Positions 28,637-39,210 of a stretch of DNA of 64,000 nt are shown piece by piece. Origin of the DNA: Nitrospirota bacterium (GTDB taxonomy: Bacteria; Nitrospirota; UBA9217). Made by a program: the position numbers and the translations under genes. Location: assembly GCA_963818475.1 (NCBI GenBank), contig CAWFSF010000006.1:768001-832000 (forward strand), written 5' to 3'. The number at the start of each line of letters is the position of its first letter. Within the stretch, counting starts at the first letter, position 1. The notes under the pieces are model-generated. The model had not been told where the DNA came from and did not search any database. It was given only the letters and a program-made list of their open reading frames with translations.

Positions 28637-29857
28637 GTGCTGATAGTACAGAAATACGGAGGAACATCTGTCGGGAATCCCGAGCGTATCAAGAATGTGG
28701 CGCGGCGCGTGTGCCGCACCAAAGAAGAAGGCCATGATGTAGTCGTTGTGCTCTCTGCCATGAGCGGAGAGACGGACAAGCTTATCAACCTTGCAGCTCA
28801 GGTGAGCGACAACCCCGACCCTCGCGAAATGGACATGCTCGTATCCACGGGTGAACGGGTGACCATCGCGCTTTTGGCCATGGCCATCCAGTCGCTGGGC
28901 CATAAGGCGCAGTCGTTTACGGGCAGGCAGGCGGGGATCATCTCAGACAGCGTGCATACGAAGGCGCGGATCGAAAAGATCACGGGCGAGCGGCTGAAGC
29001 AGGCGCTCAAAGCGGGGAAGATCGCCGTAGTGGCGGGTTTCCAGGGTATCACGGAAGGGTCGGACGATGTGACGACGCTGGGGCGCGGCGGCTCCGACCT
29101 TTCGGCAGTTGCGGTCGCTGCAGCGCTCAAAGCCGACCTCTGCGATATTTATACGGACGTGGACGGCGTCTACACTACGGACCCGAACATGGTGCCGCAG
29201 GCCAGAAAACTGGACAAGATCTCCTATGACGAGATGCTTGAACTGGCGAGCCTGGGGGCCAAGGTGCTCCAGACCCGCTCTGTGGAGTTCGCGAAAAAAT
29301 ACAATGTACCGGTACGGGTGCTCTCGAGCTTCAACGATAACCCGGGGACCCTGGTGACCAAGGAGGATTCAGATATGGAAAAAGTAGTGGTGTCCGGTGT
29401 AGCCTACGACAAGAACCAGGTGAAGGTGACGATCCAGGGGGTGCCGGACAAGCCGGGAGTTGCCGCGAAGATCTTCAATACCATATCCGACAATTCGGTC
29501 GTCGTGGATATGATCATTCAGAATATCGGCGAAGGCGGGCTTACGGACATGTCCTTTACCGTGCCCAAGACCGATGCTAAGAAAATCAACGAGGTCATGA
29601 AAAAGGTCGTGGCCGAGATCGGTGCAAAGAACGTGAGCATCAAGGAGGACGTTTCCAAGATATCGATCGTAGGGGTGGGCATGCGTTCTCACTCGGGCGT
29701 TGCGGCAAAGATGTTCTCCGCCATGGCCAAGGAGGGGATCAACATCATGATGATCAGCACGTCGGAGATCAAGATCTCCTGCGTGATCGACGCCAAGTAC
29801 ACGGAGCTCGCGGTCAGGGTGCTTCACGAAACGTTCGAGATGGACAAGGCGGCGTAG
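28637..29857 (+). CDS. lysC: Aspartate kinase
   Basis: [40 protein letters not shown], and two ACT domains ending STSEIKIS. Confidence 0.97.
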   Translation: MLIVQKYGGTSVGNPERIKNVARRVCRTKEEGHDVVVVLSAMSGETDKLINLAAQVSDNPDPREMDMLVSTGERVTIALLAMAIQSLGHKAQSFTGRQAGIISDSVHTKARIEKITGERLKQALKAGKIAVVAGFQGITEGSDDVTTLGRGGSDLSAVAVAAALKADLCDIYTDVDGVYTTDPNMVPQARKLDKISYDEMLELASLGAKVLQTRSVEFAKKYNVPVRVLSSFNDNPGTLVTKEDSDMEKVVVSGVAYDKNQVKVTIQGVPDKPGVAAKIFNTISDNSVVVDMIIQNIGEGGLTDMSFTVPKTDAKKINEVMKKVVAEIGAKNVSIKEDVSKISIVGVGMRSHSGVAAKMFSAMAKEGINIMMISTSEIKISCVIDAKYTELAVRVLHETFEMDKAA

Positions 29858-29858
29858 C

Positions 29859-29947
29859 AATTTCGGATTGCGGAATGCGGATTGCGGAATAAACACCAGG
29901 CGGAGCTAGGGTTTCCAATCCGAAATCCGCAATCCGAGATCCGCAAT
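29859..29947. repeat. Complete heptamer inverted-repeat element (both arms)
   Basis: AATTTCGGATTGCGGAATGCGGATTGCGGAAT, a ~26-nt spacer, then AATCCGAAATCCGCAATCCGAGATCCGCAAT. The arms are approximately complementary. Confidence 0.85.
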
Positions 29948-29988
29948 AAGGACACCTGAAATACCGAATGATAAAAACAGAAAGCGTT

Positions 29989-31583
29989 ATGAAAAAATCA
30001 AAAGTACAGCTCTACGACACCACGCTCCGTGACGGGGCGCAGGCAGAGGACGTGAACTTCTCGGTCGAGGACATGGTCCGTGTGGCCAGGAAACTCGACC
30101 AGTTCGGGATGCAGTACATCGAGGGCGGCTGGCCCGGCTCCAATCCCCGCGACGTGAAATTCTTCAAGGAAATGCGGGGGGTCAAGCTGAAGAAGGCCCG
30201 GCTCGTCGCATTCGGCGCCACCCGCCGGGCAAAGCTCAGGGCTTCCGAAGATCCCAGCCTCAGGGCGCTCATTGCATCAGGCGTGTCCGTGGCGACCATC
30301 TTCGGCAAATCCTGGGACCTGCATGTGCTGAAGGCGCTCAGGACGACCTTGCAGGAAAACCTCGCCATGATCAGGGATTCCGTTGCTTTTCTCAAAAAGC
30401 ACATGGACGAGGTCTTCTACGATGCCGAGCATTTCTTTGACGGGTACAAGGCGAATCCGGATTATGCGATCCAGACGCTGCTGACTGCCGAAGCCGCAGG
30501 CGCCGACTGCCTGGTGTTGTGCGATACCAATGGCGGCACTTTGCCGCACGAGGTGGAGCGGATCATCAGCGAGGTCAAGGCGCAGATCAAGGCCCCCTTC
30601 GGCATCCATGCGCATAATGACGCCGAGGTAGCCGTGGCGAACTCGCTTGTTGCCATAAGACTGGGCGGCGTGCAGGTCCACGGCACGATCAATGGGTACG
30701 GCGAGCGCTGCGGCAACGCGAATCTCTGCACCATCATCCCGACCCTCAAGCTCAAGATGGGCGTCGACTGTATCTCCGATGCAGGACTGCAGGGCCTGCG
30801 CGAGGTATCGCGGTATGTCGACGAGCTGGCGAATCTGCCGCACCGCAAGCGCCAGCCTTATATCGGCGACAGCGCTTTTGCCCATAAGGCCGGCGTCCAT
30901 GTCGATGCGGTGGCCAAGAACCCGCTTACCTATGAGCATGTGATCCCGGAGCAGGTGGGAAACAAACGGCGCATCCTGGTCTCTGATATGGCGGGTAAAA
31001 GCAATATTCTTCAGAAAGCGGCCGAGCTCAATATTGCACTTTCCAAGGATAGTCCTGAACTGTCCGAGATCCTCAGGAAGGTGAAGGAACTGGAAAATGA
31101 AGGGTATGAGTTCGAGGGAGCCGAAGGTTCACTGGAGCTCCTTATGCTGCGCGCAGGTCGCGGCTACGAGTCGGTTTTCAATATCTTCGACCGGATCGAC
31201 TACCGGGTGTTCACTGAAAAAAGAAAGATCGACCCCCATCCTCTGAGCGAAGCAACGGTGACCGTCGAGGTCGGCGGTAAGACCGAACATACCGCCGGGT
31301 GGGGCTACGGGACCGGTGAATGCGCTCGATAAGGCCCTTCGCAAGGTGCTGCCCAGATATTTCCCGGGCAAAGGGCTGGAAGATGTACGCCTGCTGGACT
31401 ATAAAGTGCGCGTGCTCACGGCCGCAGAGGGAACGGCAGCCCGCGTGCGGGTGCTGATCGAGTCCGGGGACGGCAGAAACAAATGGGGCACGGTCGGCGT
31501 GTCCGAAAACGTGATCGAGGCGAGCTGGCAGGCGCTGGTGGACAGTATCGAGTACAAGTTGCTGCGGGCGAAGAAAAAAATAA
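29989..31583 (+). CDS. cimA: Citramalate synthase (frameshift near 31305; true stop probably 31581-31583)
   Basis: [58 protein letters not shown]-terminal [36 protein letters not shown]. Confidence 0.93.
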
Positions 31584-31622
31584 GCCGAAGGCGGATCGCG
31601 GTTTATGGAATAGAGGCGCGGA

Positions 31623-32085
31623 ATGATCGAAGAAGAAGGCATTGTCGCAGAGGTCCAGGGGAACATCGCAAAGGTGGAGATACTGAAAAAAAGCGCCTGC
31701 GAGAAGTGTGCCGCTTCAGGGACCTGTCATCCCGGCGACCAGGAGCTCATGGAGGCCGATAATCCGCTCGGGGCGGTCAAGGGGCAGAAGGTAAAGGTCG
31801 TGGTCGCACCGCAGCTCTATCTGAAAGCGTCTCTCATCCTGTACGGCATACCTATGGTTGCGTATGGTCGCCGGCGCCATCCTGGGGAAAAATGCAGCTA
31901 TTGCCTACGCAGGCGAACCGAATTCCGACCTCTGGGCGTTCATCGCCGGCATGACCTGCTTGGTGATATCTTTTTATTTCATAAGGCTGTATAATAATAA
32001 AGTAGAGAAGACCCGTGAGTACAAACCGGTCATTGTAGAGATCCTCTCCCGGCCTGAAGACGGCAAGGCGGTCCCCACACGATGA
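31623..32085 (+). CDS. RseC/MucC family membrane protein (frameshift near 31860)
   Basis: [14 protein letters not shown]...[19 protein letters not shown], then two TM segments. Confidence 0.82.
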
Positions 32086-32348
32086 GAATGATCAAAAAAC
32101 CAGAGGAGGCGAAGCGGCTCGCACGGACGATCGTCTCCGATATCGTTCTGTACAACCAGCAGAAGGTCAAGGAAGGCATCGAAAAGGACAGCCTTTTTGA
32201 CGTGCTTACCGATGAGCTTGCTGAAGGGAAAAAATATTACGAAAGCATGGTGGAAGAGGAAATCCGTCAATCCACCAACTTTTTCAATGAAGCGCTGGTC
32301 GACGTGCTGTTGAAGCAAAATGCGAAAATAAAATCAGAGATCTGGTAG
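32082..32348 (+). CDS. Small hypothetical helical protein
   Basis: Intact 88-aa ORF (AKRLARTIVSDIVLYN...FFNEALVDVLL) translationally coupled to the upstream gene. Confidence 0.7.
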   Translation: MRMIKKPEEAKRLARTIVSDIVLYNQQKVKEGIEKDSLFDVLTDELAEGKKYYESMVEEEIRQSTNFFNEALVDVLLKQNAKIKSEIW

Positions 32349-32387
32349 CTCATAAGATAAGCGAAATCTCTCATCAAGGGGTGTCTT

Positions 32388-34505
32388 ATGAAAAACGCAG
32401 AGAGTAAAGAATTTCGCAATATCGCCATCCTTTCTCACGGGTCGGCAGGCAAGTCATCGCTGGCCGATGCCATGCTGTTCTCCGGCGGCGCGGTCGATGC
32501 CCAGGGAAGCGTGGACGCGGACACCTCGGTGTTCATGCACGAGCCCGAGGAGATCGCGCGCAAGATCACGATCACGTCCTCCTTCGGGTATGTTGACTGG
32601 AAGGGCGTGCGGATCAACATCATCGACACTCCGGGCTATATCAATTTTCTTGAAGAGATCAAAGGTACGCTCCGGGCGGCCGACGGCGCCATTGTGATCG
32701 TTTCCGCGCTTTCGGGCGTCAAGGCCGAGACGGAAAAGATATACAAGTTTGCCTGCGAATATGAGATCCCGCGCATCGCCTTTGTGAGCAAGCTGGACAA
32801 GGAACGGGCGGATTTCTTTCGCGCGATCGGCGACATGGAAAAGTACTTTTGCAAGAACGCCCTTGTGCTTCAGCTTCCGATCGGCCATGAGGACAGCTTC
32901 CGGGGTGTCATCGACCTTATTAAAATGAAGGCACTCTTCTTCACCACCGACGGAAGCGGAAAAACGGAAGAGCAAGAAATCCCCGGAACGATGATGCAGG
33001 ATGCAGCCATGTACCGGAAAAAGCTTGTGGAACAGATCGCGGAATCGGAAGACAGTTTGCTCGAAAAGTATCTCGACAAGGGAGATCTTACGCAGGAAGA
33101 CCTTATTGCAGGACTGAAGCACGGCACGCTGGTCGGCGGCTTGTTGCCGGTCCTGTGCGGCTCCCCGGTGAAGAACATGGGCATTCACCAGCTCATGGAT
33201 GCGGTGATCACCTGTCTTCCTTCTCCAGTCGAACGGGCTGGGATCGTAGCGATCAAGGGAACGGACCCGAAGTCCGGCGGCGAGATAACGCGCAAACCGC
33301 TTCCCGAAGAACCCCTTGCCGCGCTCGTCGTCAAGACCATCATCGATCCCTTTGCCGGAAAACTCTCGGTGGTCCGTGTCTTTTCCGGCACGCTCAAGTC
33401 CGATCATGCGGTCTACAATTCCACCCGCCAGGTGAAGGAAAAGATCGGTACGCTGTTCCTGCTCCAGGGGAAGAAGCAGGTCGCGGTGCAGTCGATCCCT
33501 GCCGGTCAGATCGGCGCGATCGCCAAAATGAAGGAAACAATCACCGGCGATACGCTTTGTGCCGAGGCGCAGCCGATAACACTGGAGTTTGCGAAATTCA
33601 TCGACCCGGTCATGTCCTTCGCCATCGAACCCCGGTCCCGGGGGGACGAAGACAAGGTGAGCATCGGCATCCATAAGCTCCTGGATGAAGATCCGACGCT
33701 CCGTTTTACCATGGACGACCAGACCAAGGAAATGATCCTCTCCGGCATGGGGCAGGTGCATCTCGAGGTGACGCTCGAAAAGCTCAGACGGAAATTCGGC
33801 GTGGATGTGAAGATGAAGACACCCAAGGTCCCTTATAAGGAAACGATAAGGGCCAGGGCCAGCGCACAGGGCAAGTACAAAAAACAGAGCGGCGGCCATG
33901 GGCAGTACGGCGACGCCTGGATCGAGATCGAGCCCCTGCCGCGGGGCGGGGGATTCGAGTTCGTCGACAAGATCGTGGGAGGGGTGATCCCCCGGCAGTA
34001 TATCCCGGCAGTTGAAAAAGGCGTCCTCGAGGCCATGCATGAAGGTGCGCTGGCCGGCTATCCCATGGTCGATGTACGGGTCACGGTTTTTGACGGTTCC
34101 TACCATACGGTAGACTCGTCGGAAATGGCCTTCAAGGTCGCTGCATCCATGGGCTTCAAAAAAGCAGTGGATGCAGCCAGGCCCGTACTGCTCGAACCGA
34201 CCATGAGCGTCGAGGTCGTGTCCCCTGACGATGCCCTGGGCGCGGTCATCGGCGATATCAACTCGCGCCGGGGCAAAGTGCTGGGTGTTGTACCGCAGGC
34301 GAACGGACAGGCCATCAAAGCGCTGGTGCCCATGTCGGAAATGCTTTCCTACGCACCGTCGCTCAATTCACTCACGAGCGGCAGGGGCATGTATACTATG
34401 GAATTTTACGGCTTCGAGGACGTGCCCAGCCACTTGGCGCAAAAGATCATTGCAGAACGAAGCGCACACCTCCAGGGCGTCAATCACCATCAGAAAGAAA
34501 AATAA
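32388..34505 (+). CDS. fusA: Elongation factor G paralog (EF-G2/FusA2)
   Basis: RNIAIL..AGKSSL, IDTPGY, SGMGQVHLE, PKVPYKETI, KKQSGGHGQYG, DGSYHTVDSSEMAF. Lies outside the str operon. Confidence 0.93.
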   Translation: MKNAESKEFRNIAILSHGSAGKSSLADAMLFSGGAVDAQGSVDADTSVFMHEPEEIARKITITSSFGYVDWKGVRINIIDTPGYINFLEEIKGTLRAADGAIVIVSALSGVKAETEKIYKFACEYEIPRIAFVSKLDKERADFFRAIGDMEKYFCKNALVLQLPIGHEDSFRGVIDLIKMKALFFTTDGSGKTEEQEIPGTMMQDAAMYRKKLVEQIAESEDSLLEKYLDKGDLTQEDLIAGLKHGTLVGGLLPVLCGSPVKNMGIHQLMDAVITCLPSPVERAGIVAIKGTDPKSGGEITRKPLPEEPLAALVVKTIIDPFAGKLSVVRVFSGTLKSDHAVYNSTRQVKEKIGTLFLLQGKKQVAVQSIPAGQIGAIAKMKETITGDTLCAEAQPITLEFAKFIDPVMSFAIEPRSRGDEDKVSIGIHKLLDEDPTLRFTMDDQTKEMILSGMGQVHLEVTLEKLRRKFGVDVKMKTPKVPYKETIRARASAQGKYKKQSGGHGQYGDAWIEIEPLPRGGGFEFVDKIVGGVIPRQYIPAVEKGVLEAMHEGALAGYPMVDVRVTVFDGSYHTVDSSEMAFKVAASMGFKKAVDAARPVLLEPTMSVEVVSPDDALGAVIGDINSRRGKVLGVVPQANGQAIKALVPMSEMLSYAPSLNSLTSGRGMYTMEFYGFEDVPSHLAQKIIAERSAHLQGVNHHQKEK

Positions 34506-35762
34506 ATGTATAGAAAAGATACCCTCGCAAACGGGATCCGCGTTGTGTCGGAAACTCTTCCCAAGTCACGCTCGGTTTCCATCGGCGTATGGGTAAAGGT
34601 CGGCTCACGCCACGAACCGCAGGAACTGGGCGGCGTTTCGCACTTTATCGAACATATGTTCTTTAAGGGGACGGAACGGCGGAGCGCAAAGGACATCGCC
34701 ATTGAAATGGATTCCCTGGGCGGCGAGATGAACGCCTTCACCTCCCAGGAAACGACCACCTACTATGCCAAGGTGGTCGACGAGCATCTGCCGACCGTCA
34801 TCGATATCCTGGCAGATATTCTTCTCGCATCGCGTTTCGACCCTGCCGACATGGAGAAGGAGCGCAAGGTCATTCTCGAAGAGATCAAAAGCGTCGAAGA
34901 TACTCCCGATGACTACATTCACGAGCTTTTCACGAGCACGGTCTGGCCGGACAACTCCCTGGGGCGGCCCATTTTGGGGATTCCGGGTACCATCAAGACA
35001 CTTACTCACCAGAACATCATCTCCTACATCGAGAGCTATTATCTGCCCAAAGAGATCGTGATCTCCGTGGCAGGGAACTTTGAGCACAGCCGGCTGATCG
35101 AACTCCTTAATACCAGCTTCGGCAGGCTGTCGAGGGCCGGTGTCCCGAAGAAGGACCTGACCCCGGGTTTCACCCGGGCGACGGTGGTCAAAAAAAAGCA
35201 GCTGGAACAGGTGCAGATCTGTCTTGGATGCGGAGGCCTCAAGTATGCCCATGAGGACCGCTTCGTGCTCATGGCCCTTAATACCGTGCTCGGGAACAGC
35301 ATGAGCTCCCGCCTGTTCCAGGAGATCCGCGAACAGAATGCGCTGGCCTATTCCATTTATTCCTATATCACTTCGTACCGCGATACCGGCCTGCTCACGA
35401 TCTATGCAGGGACGGACCCCTCCAATGCCCTTGAAGTGGTCCGGCTCGTGACCCGTGAGCTCAAAAAGATCAAGGACGAGGGGATCACCCAGGCGGAAGG
35501 TCTGCGGGTGAAGAACCAGATCAAGGGCAGCCTGGTCCTTTCTCTTGAGAGCAGCAACAGCCATATGAGCAGGCTGGCACGGCAGGAAATATACTTCGGC
35601 AGGTATCATTCGATGGATGATATCATTAAGAGCGTTGAATCTGTGGCTCTTGATCAGGTGCAGCAACTGGCTCAGCAGCTTTTTACGCCCGAGAATCTTT
35701 CCCTCACGATCCTCGGACCGCTCAGCAAGGCCGAGGTGCCGGATGCGGTGCTGGAGATATAA
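34506..35762 (+). CDS. M16 family zinc protease (pitrilysin-like, cytoplasmic)
   Basis: GSRHE..GVSHFIEHMFFKGT (HxxEH), NAFTSQE, MSSRLFQEIRE..LAYSIYS. Confidence 0.93.
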   Translation: MYRKDTLANGIRVVSETLPKSRSVSIGVWVKVGSRHEPQELGGVSHFIEHMFFKGTERRSAKDIAIEMDSLGGEMNAFTSQETTTYYAKVVDEHLPTVIDILADILLASRFDPADMEKERKVILEEIKSVEDTPDDYIHELFTSTVWPDNSLGRPILGIPGTIKTLTHQNIISYIESYYLPKEIVISVAGNFEHSRLIELLNTSFGRLSRAGVPKKDLTPGFTRATVVKKKQLEQVQICLGCGGLKYAHEDRFVLMALNTVLGNSMSSRLFQEIREQNALAYSIYSYITSYRDTGLLTIYAGTDPSNALEVVRLVTRELKKIKDEGITQAEGLRVKNQIKGSLVLSLESSNSHMSRLARQEIYFGRYHSMDDIIKSVESVALDQVQQLAQQLFTPENLSLTILGPLSKAEVPDAVLEI

Positions 35763-35827
35763 ATACCTAAACAGGAGATCAGGAGACAATCTACTTCTGT
35801 TTTGGCTCCTGACTACGTTATCATACT

Positions 35828-36280
35828 ATGACTGAACATCTTGCCGTACACATAACCCAACTCAAGAATTCCGATGGACTTCCCGTTCCTCACTATCAGA
35901 CCGAGCATGCCGCGGGCGTTGACCTCTATGCGGCAGTTGACGGGTCGGTCACGATCGAAGCGGGGCGCTGGAAGCTCGTTCCCACCGGCATTGCTGTTGC
36001 CATCCCTGAGGGATACGAAGGCCAGGTTCGGCCGCGCAGCGGCCTGGCGCTTAAGCATGGGATAGGCATGCTGAACGCACCCGGGACCATCGACGCGGAC
36101 TACCGGGGAGAGATCGGTGTAATCCTCTTTAATTTCAGCGATACCTCGTTCAGCATTCGACGTGGCGACCGCATCGCACAACTGGTGCTGGCAAAAGTCG
36201 AAAAGGCGCAATTCGTAACCGTCGACGCACTGGCCGCAACGGGACGGGGTGCAGGCGGCTTCGGCCATACGGGGACGTGA
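35828..36280 (+). CDS. dut: dUTP diphosphatase
   Basis: AAGVDL, LVPTG, QVRPRSGLA, PGTIDADYRGE, GDRIAQLV, RGAGGFGHTG. Confidence 0.97.
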   Translation: MTEHLAVHITQLKNSDGLPVPHYQTEHAAGVDLYAAVDGSVTIEAGRWKLVPTGIAVAIPEGYEGQVRPRSGLALKHGIGMLNAPGTIDADYRGEIGVILFNFSDTSFSIRRGDRIAQLVLAKVEKAQFVTVDALAATGRGAGGFGHTGT

Positions 36281-36282
36281 GG

Positions 36283-36415
36283 CAATCATCAAATGACAAA
36301 CACCAAATGACAAATAAATATCAATCACCATGCACAAATGTTCAAACTTTTTTTGAAATTTAGTGTTTTTGTATTTGGTGCTTATTTGAAATTTGCTATT
36401 TGAGATTTACGATTT
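36283..36415. repeat. Degenerate heptamer inverted-repeat element (CAAAT/ATTTG family)
   Basis: Left arm CAAATGACAAACACCAAATGACAAATAAAT, right arm TATTTGGTGCTTATTTGAAATTTGCTATTTGAGATTT. Confidence 0.65.
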
Positions 36416-36429
36416 AGGAGATAGGTACG

Positions 36430-37750
36430 ATGAACTCTTATAGAAAAATTCTTGTCACCGTCCTGCTCTTGCTATTCACGACGGCGCCGGTCTTTTCCCA
36501 GGACCTCAAGGTCACCGAGAAGGTGCTTCCGAACGGGCTCAAGGTGTTGCTCAAGGAAGAGCATAAGGCCCCGGTGGTCACCTTTCAGATATGGTACAAG
36601 GTAGGTTCCCGCAATGAAAAACTGGGGACGACCGGCATATCGCATGTGCTGGAACATTTAATGTTCAAGGGCACGAAGAAGTACGGTCCCAAGCAGTTTT
36701 CGCAGATCGTGCAGCGGAACGGTGGCAATGACAACGCCTTTACGGGCAAGGACTATACAGCCTATTTTGAGAACTTCGCCTCAGACCGCATCGCCATCTC
36801 GCTCGACCTCGAATCCGACCGGATGCAAAATCTGCTGCTCGACCCCAAGGAGTTCCTGTCCGAACGGGATGTCGTAAAAGAAGAGCGGCGCATGCGGACG
36901 GACGATGATCCGACGAATACGATGGTGGAGCAGATGACGGCTGCCGCGTTCATTGCCCACCCCTATCAGTGGCCGGTGATCGGCTGGATGGCCGACCTCG
37001 GCAGCATCACCCGCGATGACCTTGCCGAGCATTATCACCGGTACTACGCTCCCAATAACGCAACGATCGTCGTGGCCGGGGATTTCGACACCAAGACCCT
37101 GCTGCCGATGATCGAAACGTATTTCGGGCAGATCCCCCAAGGGCCGGCCGTACCCAAGGTCGGTGCTGTCGAGCCCGGGCAGCTCGGCGAGCGCCGCATC
37201 ATCGTGAAGGAAACAGGCTGAACTGCCTGCCGTGTTCGCAGGATATCATACGCCGGACATCAAGCACGCGGACTCCTTTGCCCTCGAAGTGCTGCAGGGC
37301 ATTCTTTCGTCAGGGAAAAGTTCGCGGCTTTACAAGGCGCTCGTATACGAGAAGCAGCTCGCATTGTATGCGGGCGGTGATTACGATAATGTCGCCAATG
37401 ATCCCAGCCTGTTCTATGTGTATGCCGGCGTTATGCCCGGCAAGACAACCGATGAGGTGGAGAAGGCGCTCTATGCAGAGATCGAGAAGCTGAAGGAAGC
37501 GCCTGTTGCGGACGATGAGCTCCAAAAGGCCAAGAACCAGATAGAATCGAGCTTCATCATGGGCCAGGACTCCATTTTCTACCAGGCCATGCTCTTAGGC
37601 CAGTTCGAAACCGTGGCAAACTGGAGACTGCTTGAAAAGTACGTCGAGAACATACGAGCAGTGACCAAAGAGGACGTGATGCGGGTGGCGAAGCAGTATT
37701 TTACCGAGGACAACAGAACGGTCGGCATTCTTGTCCCGACCAACAAATAA
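36430..37750 (+). CDS. Secreted M16B peptidase, catalytic subunit (frameshift near 37215)
   Basis: Signal peptide, WYKVGSRNE..GISHVLEHLMFKGT, EERRMRTDD, HPYQWPVIGW, YYAPNNA. The C-terminal part continues in the next ORF. Confidence 0.9.
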
Positions 37751-37771
37751 AATGCGGAATGCGGAGTTCGG

Positions 37772-39122
37772 AATGCGAAATACCGGTCTCAAACTAAAAA
37801 ATGTTCTTTGTTTGCTAACGTTCATGGTATTGGCGGCACAGCCTGCTGCGGCTGTTGCAGCAGAGCCGCTCGGCAAGCGTATTGTGCTTGAGAACGGGAT
37901 GATCCTCCTGCTCTCTGAAAAACATGATATTCCCATGGTCACGGTCAGTATGGCGATCAAGGCCGGCAATACTGCAGCACCAGCTGACAAACCCGGCATC
38001 GCTTCGCTCACGGCATCGCTCCTCACCCAGGGGACTGCACGGCGCACAGCCAGCCAGATCAGCAAAGAGATCGATTTTATCGGTGGTTCTCTCTCCGTGT
38101 CAGGCGGCGACGATTTTGCCTCGGCCGGGCTGCGGGTGCTCAAGAAGGACCTCACGACCGGTTTTGACCTCCTTGCCGATGTGCTGATGAACCCTGTTTT
38201 TGACCAGAAGGAGATCGACCGCAAGGTCAAGGAGATCCTCGCGTCCATCCAGCAGCAAAAGGACGAACCCGGCGTGGTGGCTGATGAGGCATTCACCAAA
38301 GCGGTCTTTGGCAGGAACAGCTACGGCCAGACAAACGAGGATATTGCTGCGTATCTGCCGAAGCTTACGCGACAGGAGGTCGTCGATTTCTACCATGCCC
38401 GATACGGTCCGAACAATGCGGTCATTGCCGTAGTGGGCGATGTGACCGAAGCGGAGATCGTGCAGTTGCTGAACCGGTATTTCAAAGGGTGGAAACAAGG
38501 CGAGCGGACATTGCCTGCCTCTATCGATGCGCCCAGTATCGACAAGAACGTTGTGCACAAGATAAACAAGGATATCACGCAGGCGAACATCGCCATGGGG
38601 CATCTTGGCATCAGCCGCAACAATCCTGACTACTATGCGGTAATGATCATGAACTATATCCTGGGCGGCGGCGGTTTTTCCTCCCGATTGATGGATTCTA
38701 TCCGTGACAATAAAGGACTGGCCTATGACGTGCATAGTTCTGTCGTCGCGCTCAAGGAGCCGGGGCGGTTTGAGATCACCATTCAGACCAAGAACGAGTC
38801 TGCCAATGAAGTGATCGCCGAGTCGCTGAAGGAAGTCCGCAGGATCAGGTCCGAACTCGTTGCGGAGAAGGAGCTTGCTGATGCAAAAGCATACCTGACA
38901 GGCAGTTTCCCGCTCCGGATGGATACCTCTGCAAAGATAGCCGGCATGCTGGTCTCCATTGAACTCTATGACCTCGGGCTTGACTATCCGCAGAAATATG
39001 CCGGGATCATCAACAGCGTGACCCGCGAGGACATTCTCCGCGTCGCAAAAAAATATCTCCATCCCGACCGGATGGTGATCGTCGTGGTCGCAAACCAGGA
39101 AAAAGCAAAGCTGAAATATTAA
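37772..39122 (+). CDS. Secreted M16B peptidase, non-catalytic partner subunit; start uncertain
   Basis: Signal peptide, lacks HxxEH (ASLLTQGT), has NYILGGGGFSSRL..IR..KGLAY. Paired with the upstream catalytic subunit. Confidence 0.88.
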
Positions 39123-39210
39123 GAAGGTGCAAGCAGGAAGTTGGAAGGCGGAAGTCAGATGGAATTCATTTCTTCTGGTTCCTGCCGACTGCCCTCTGAA
39201 TTCTGAATGA

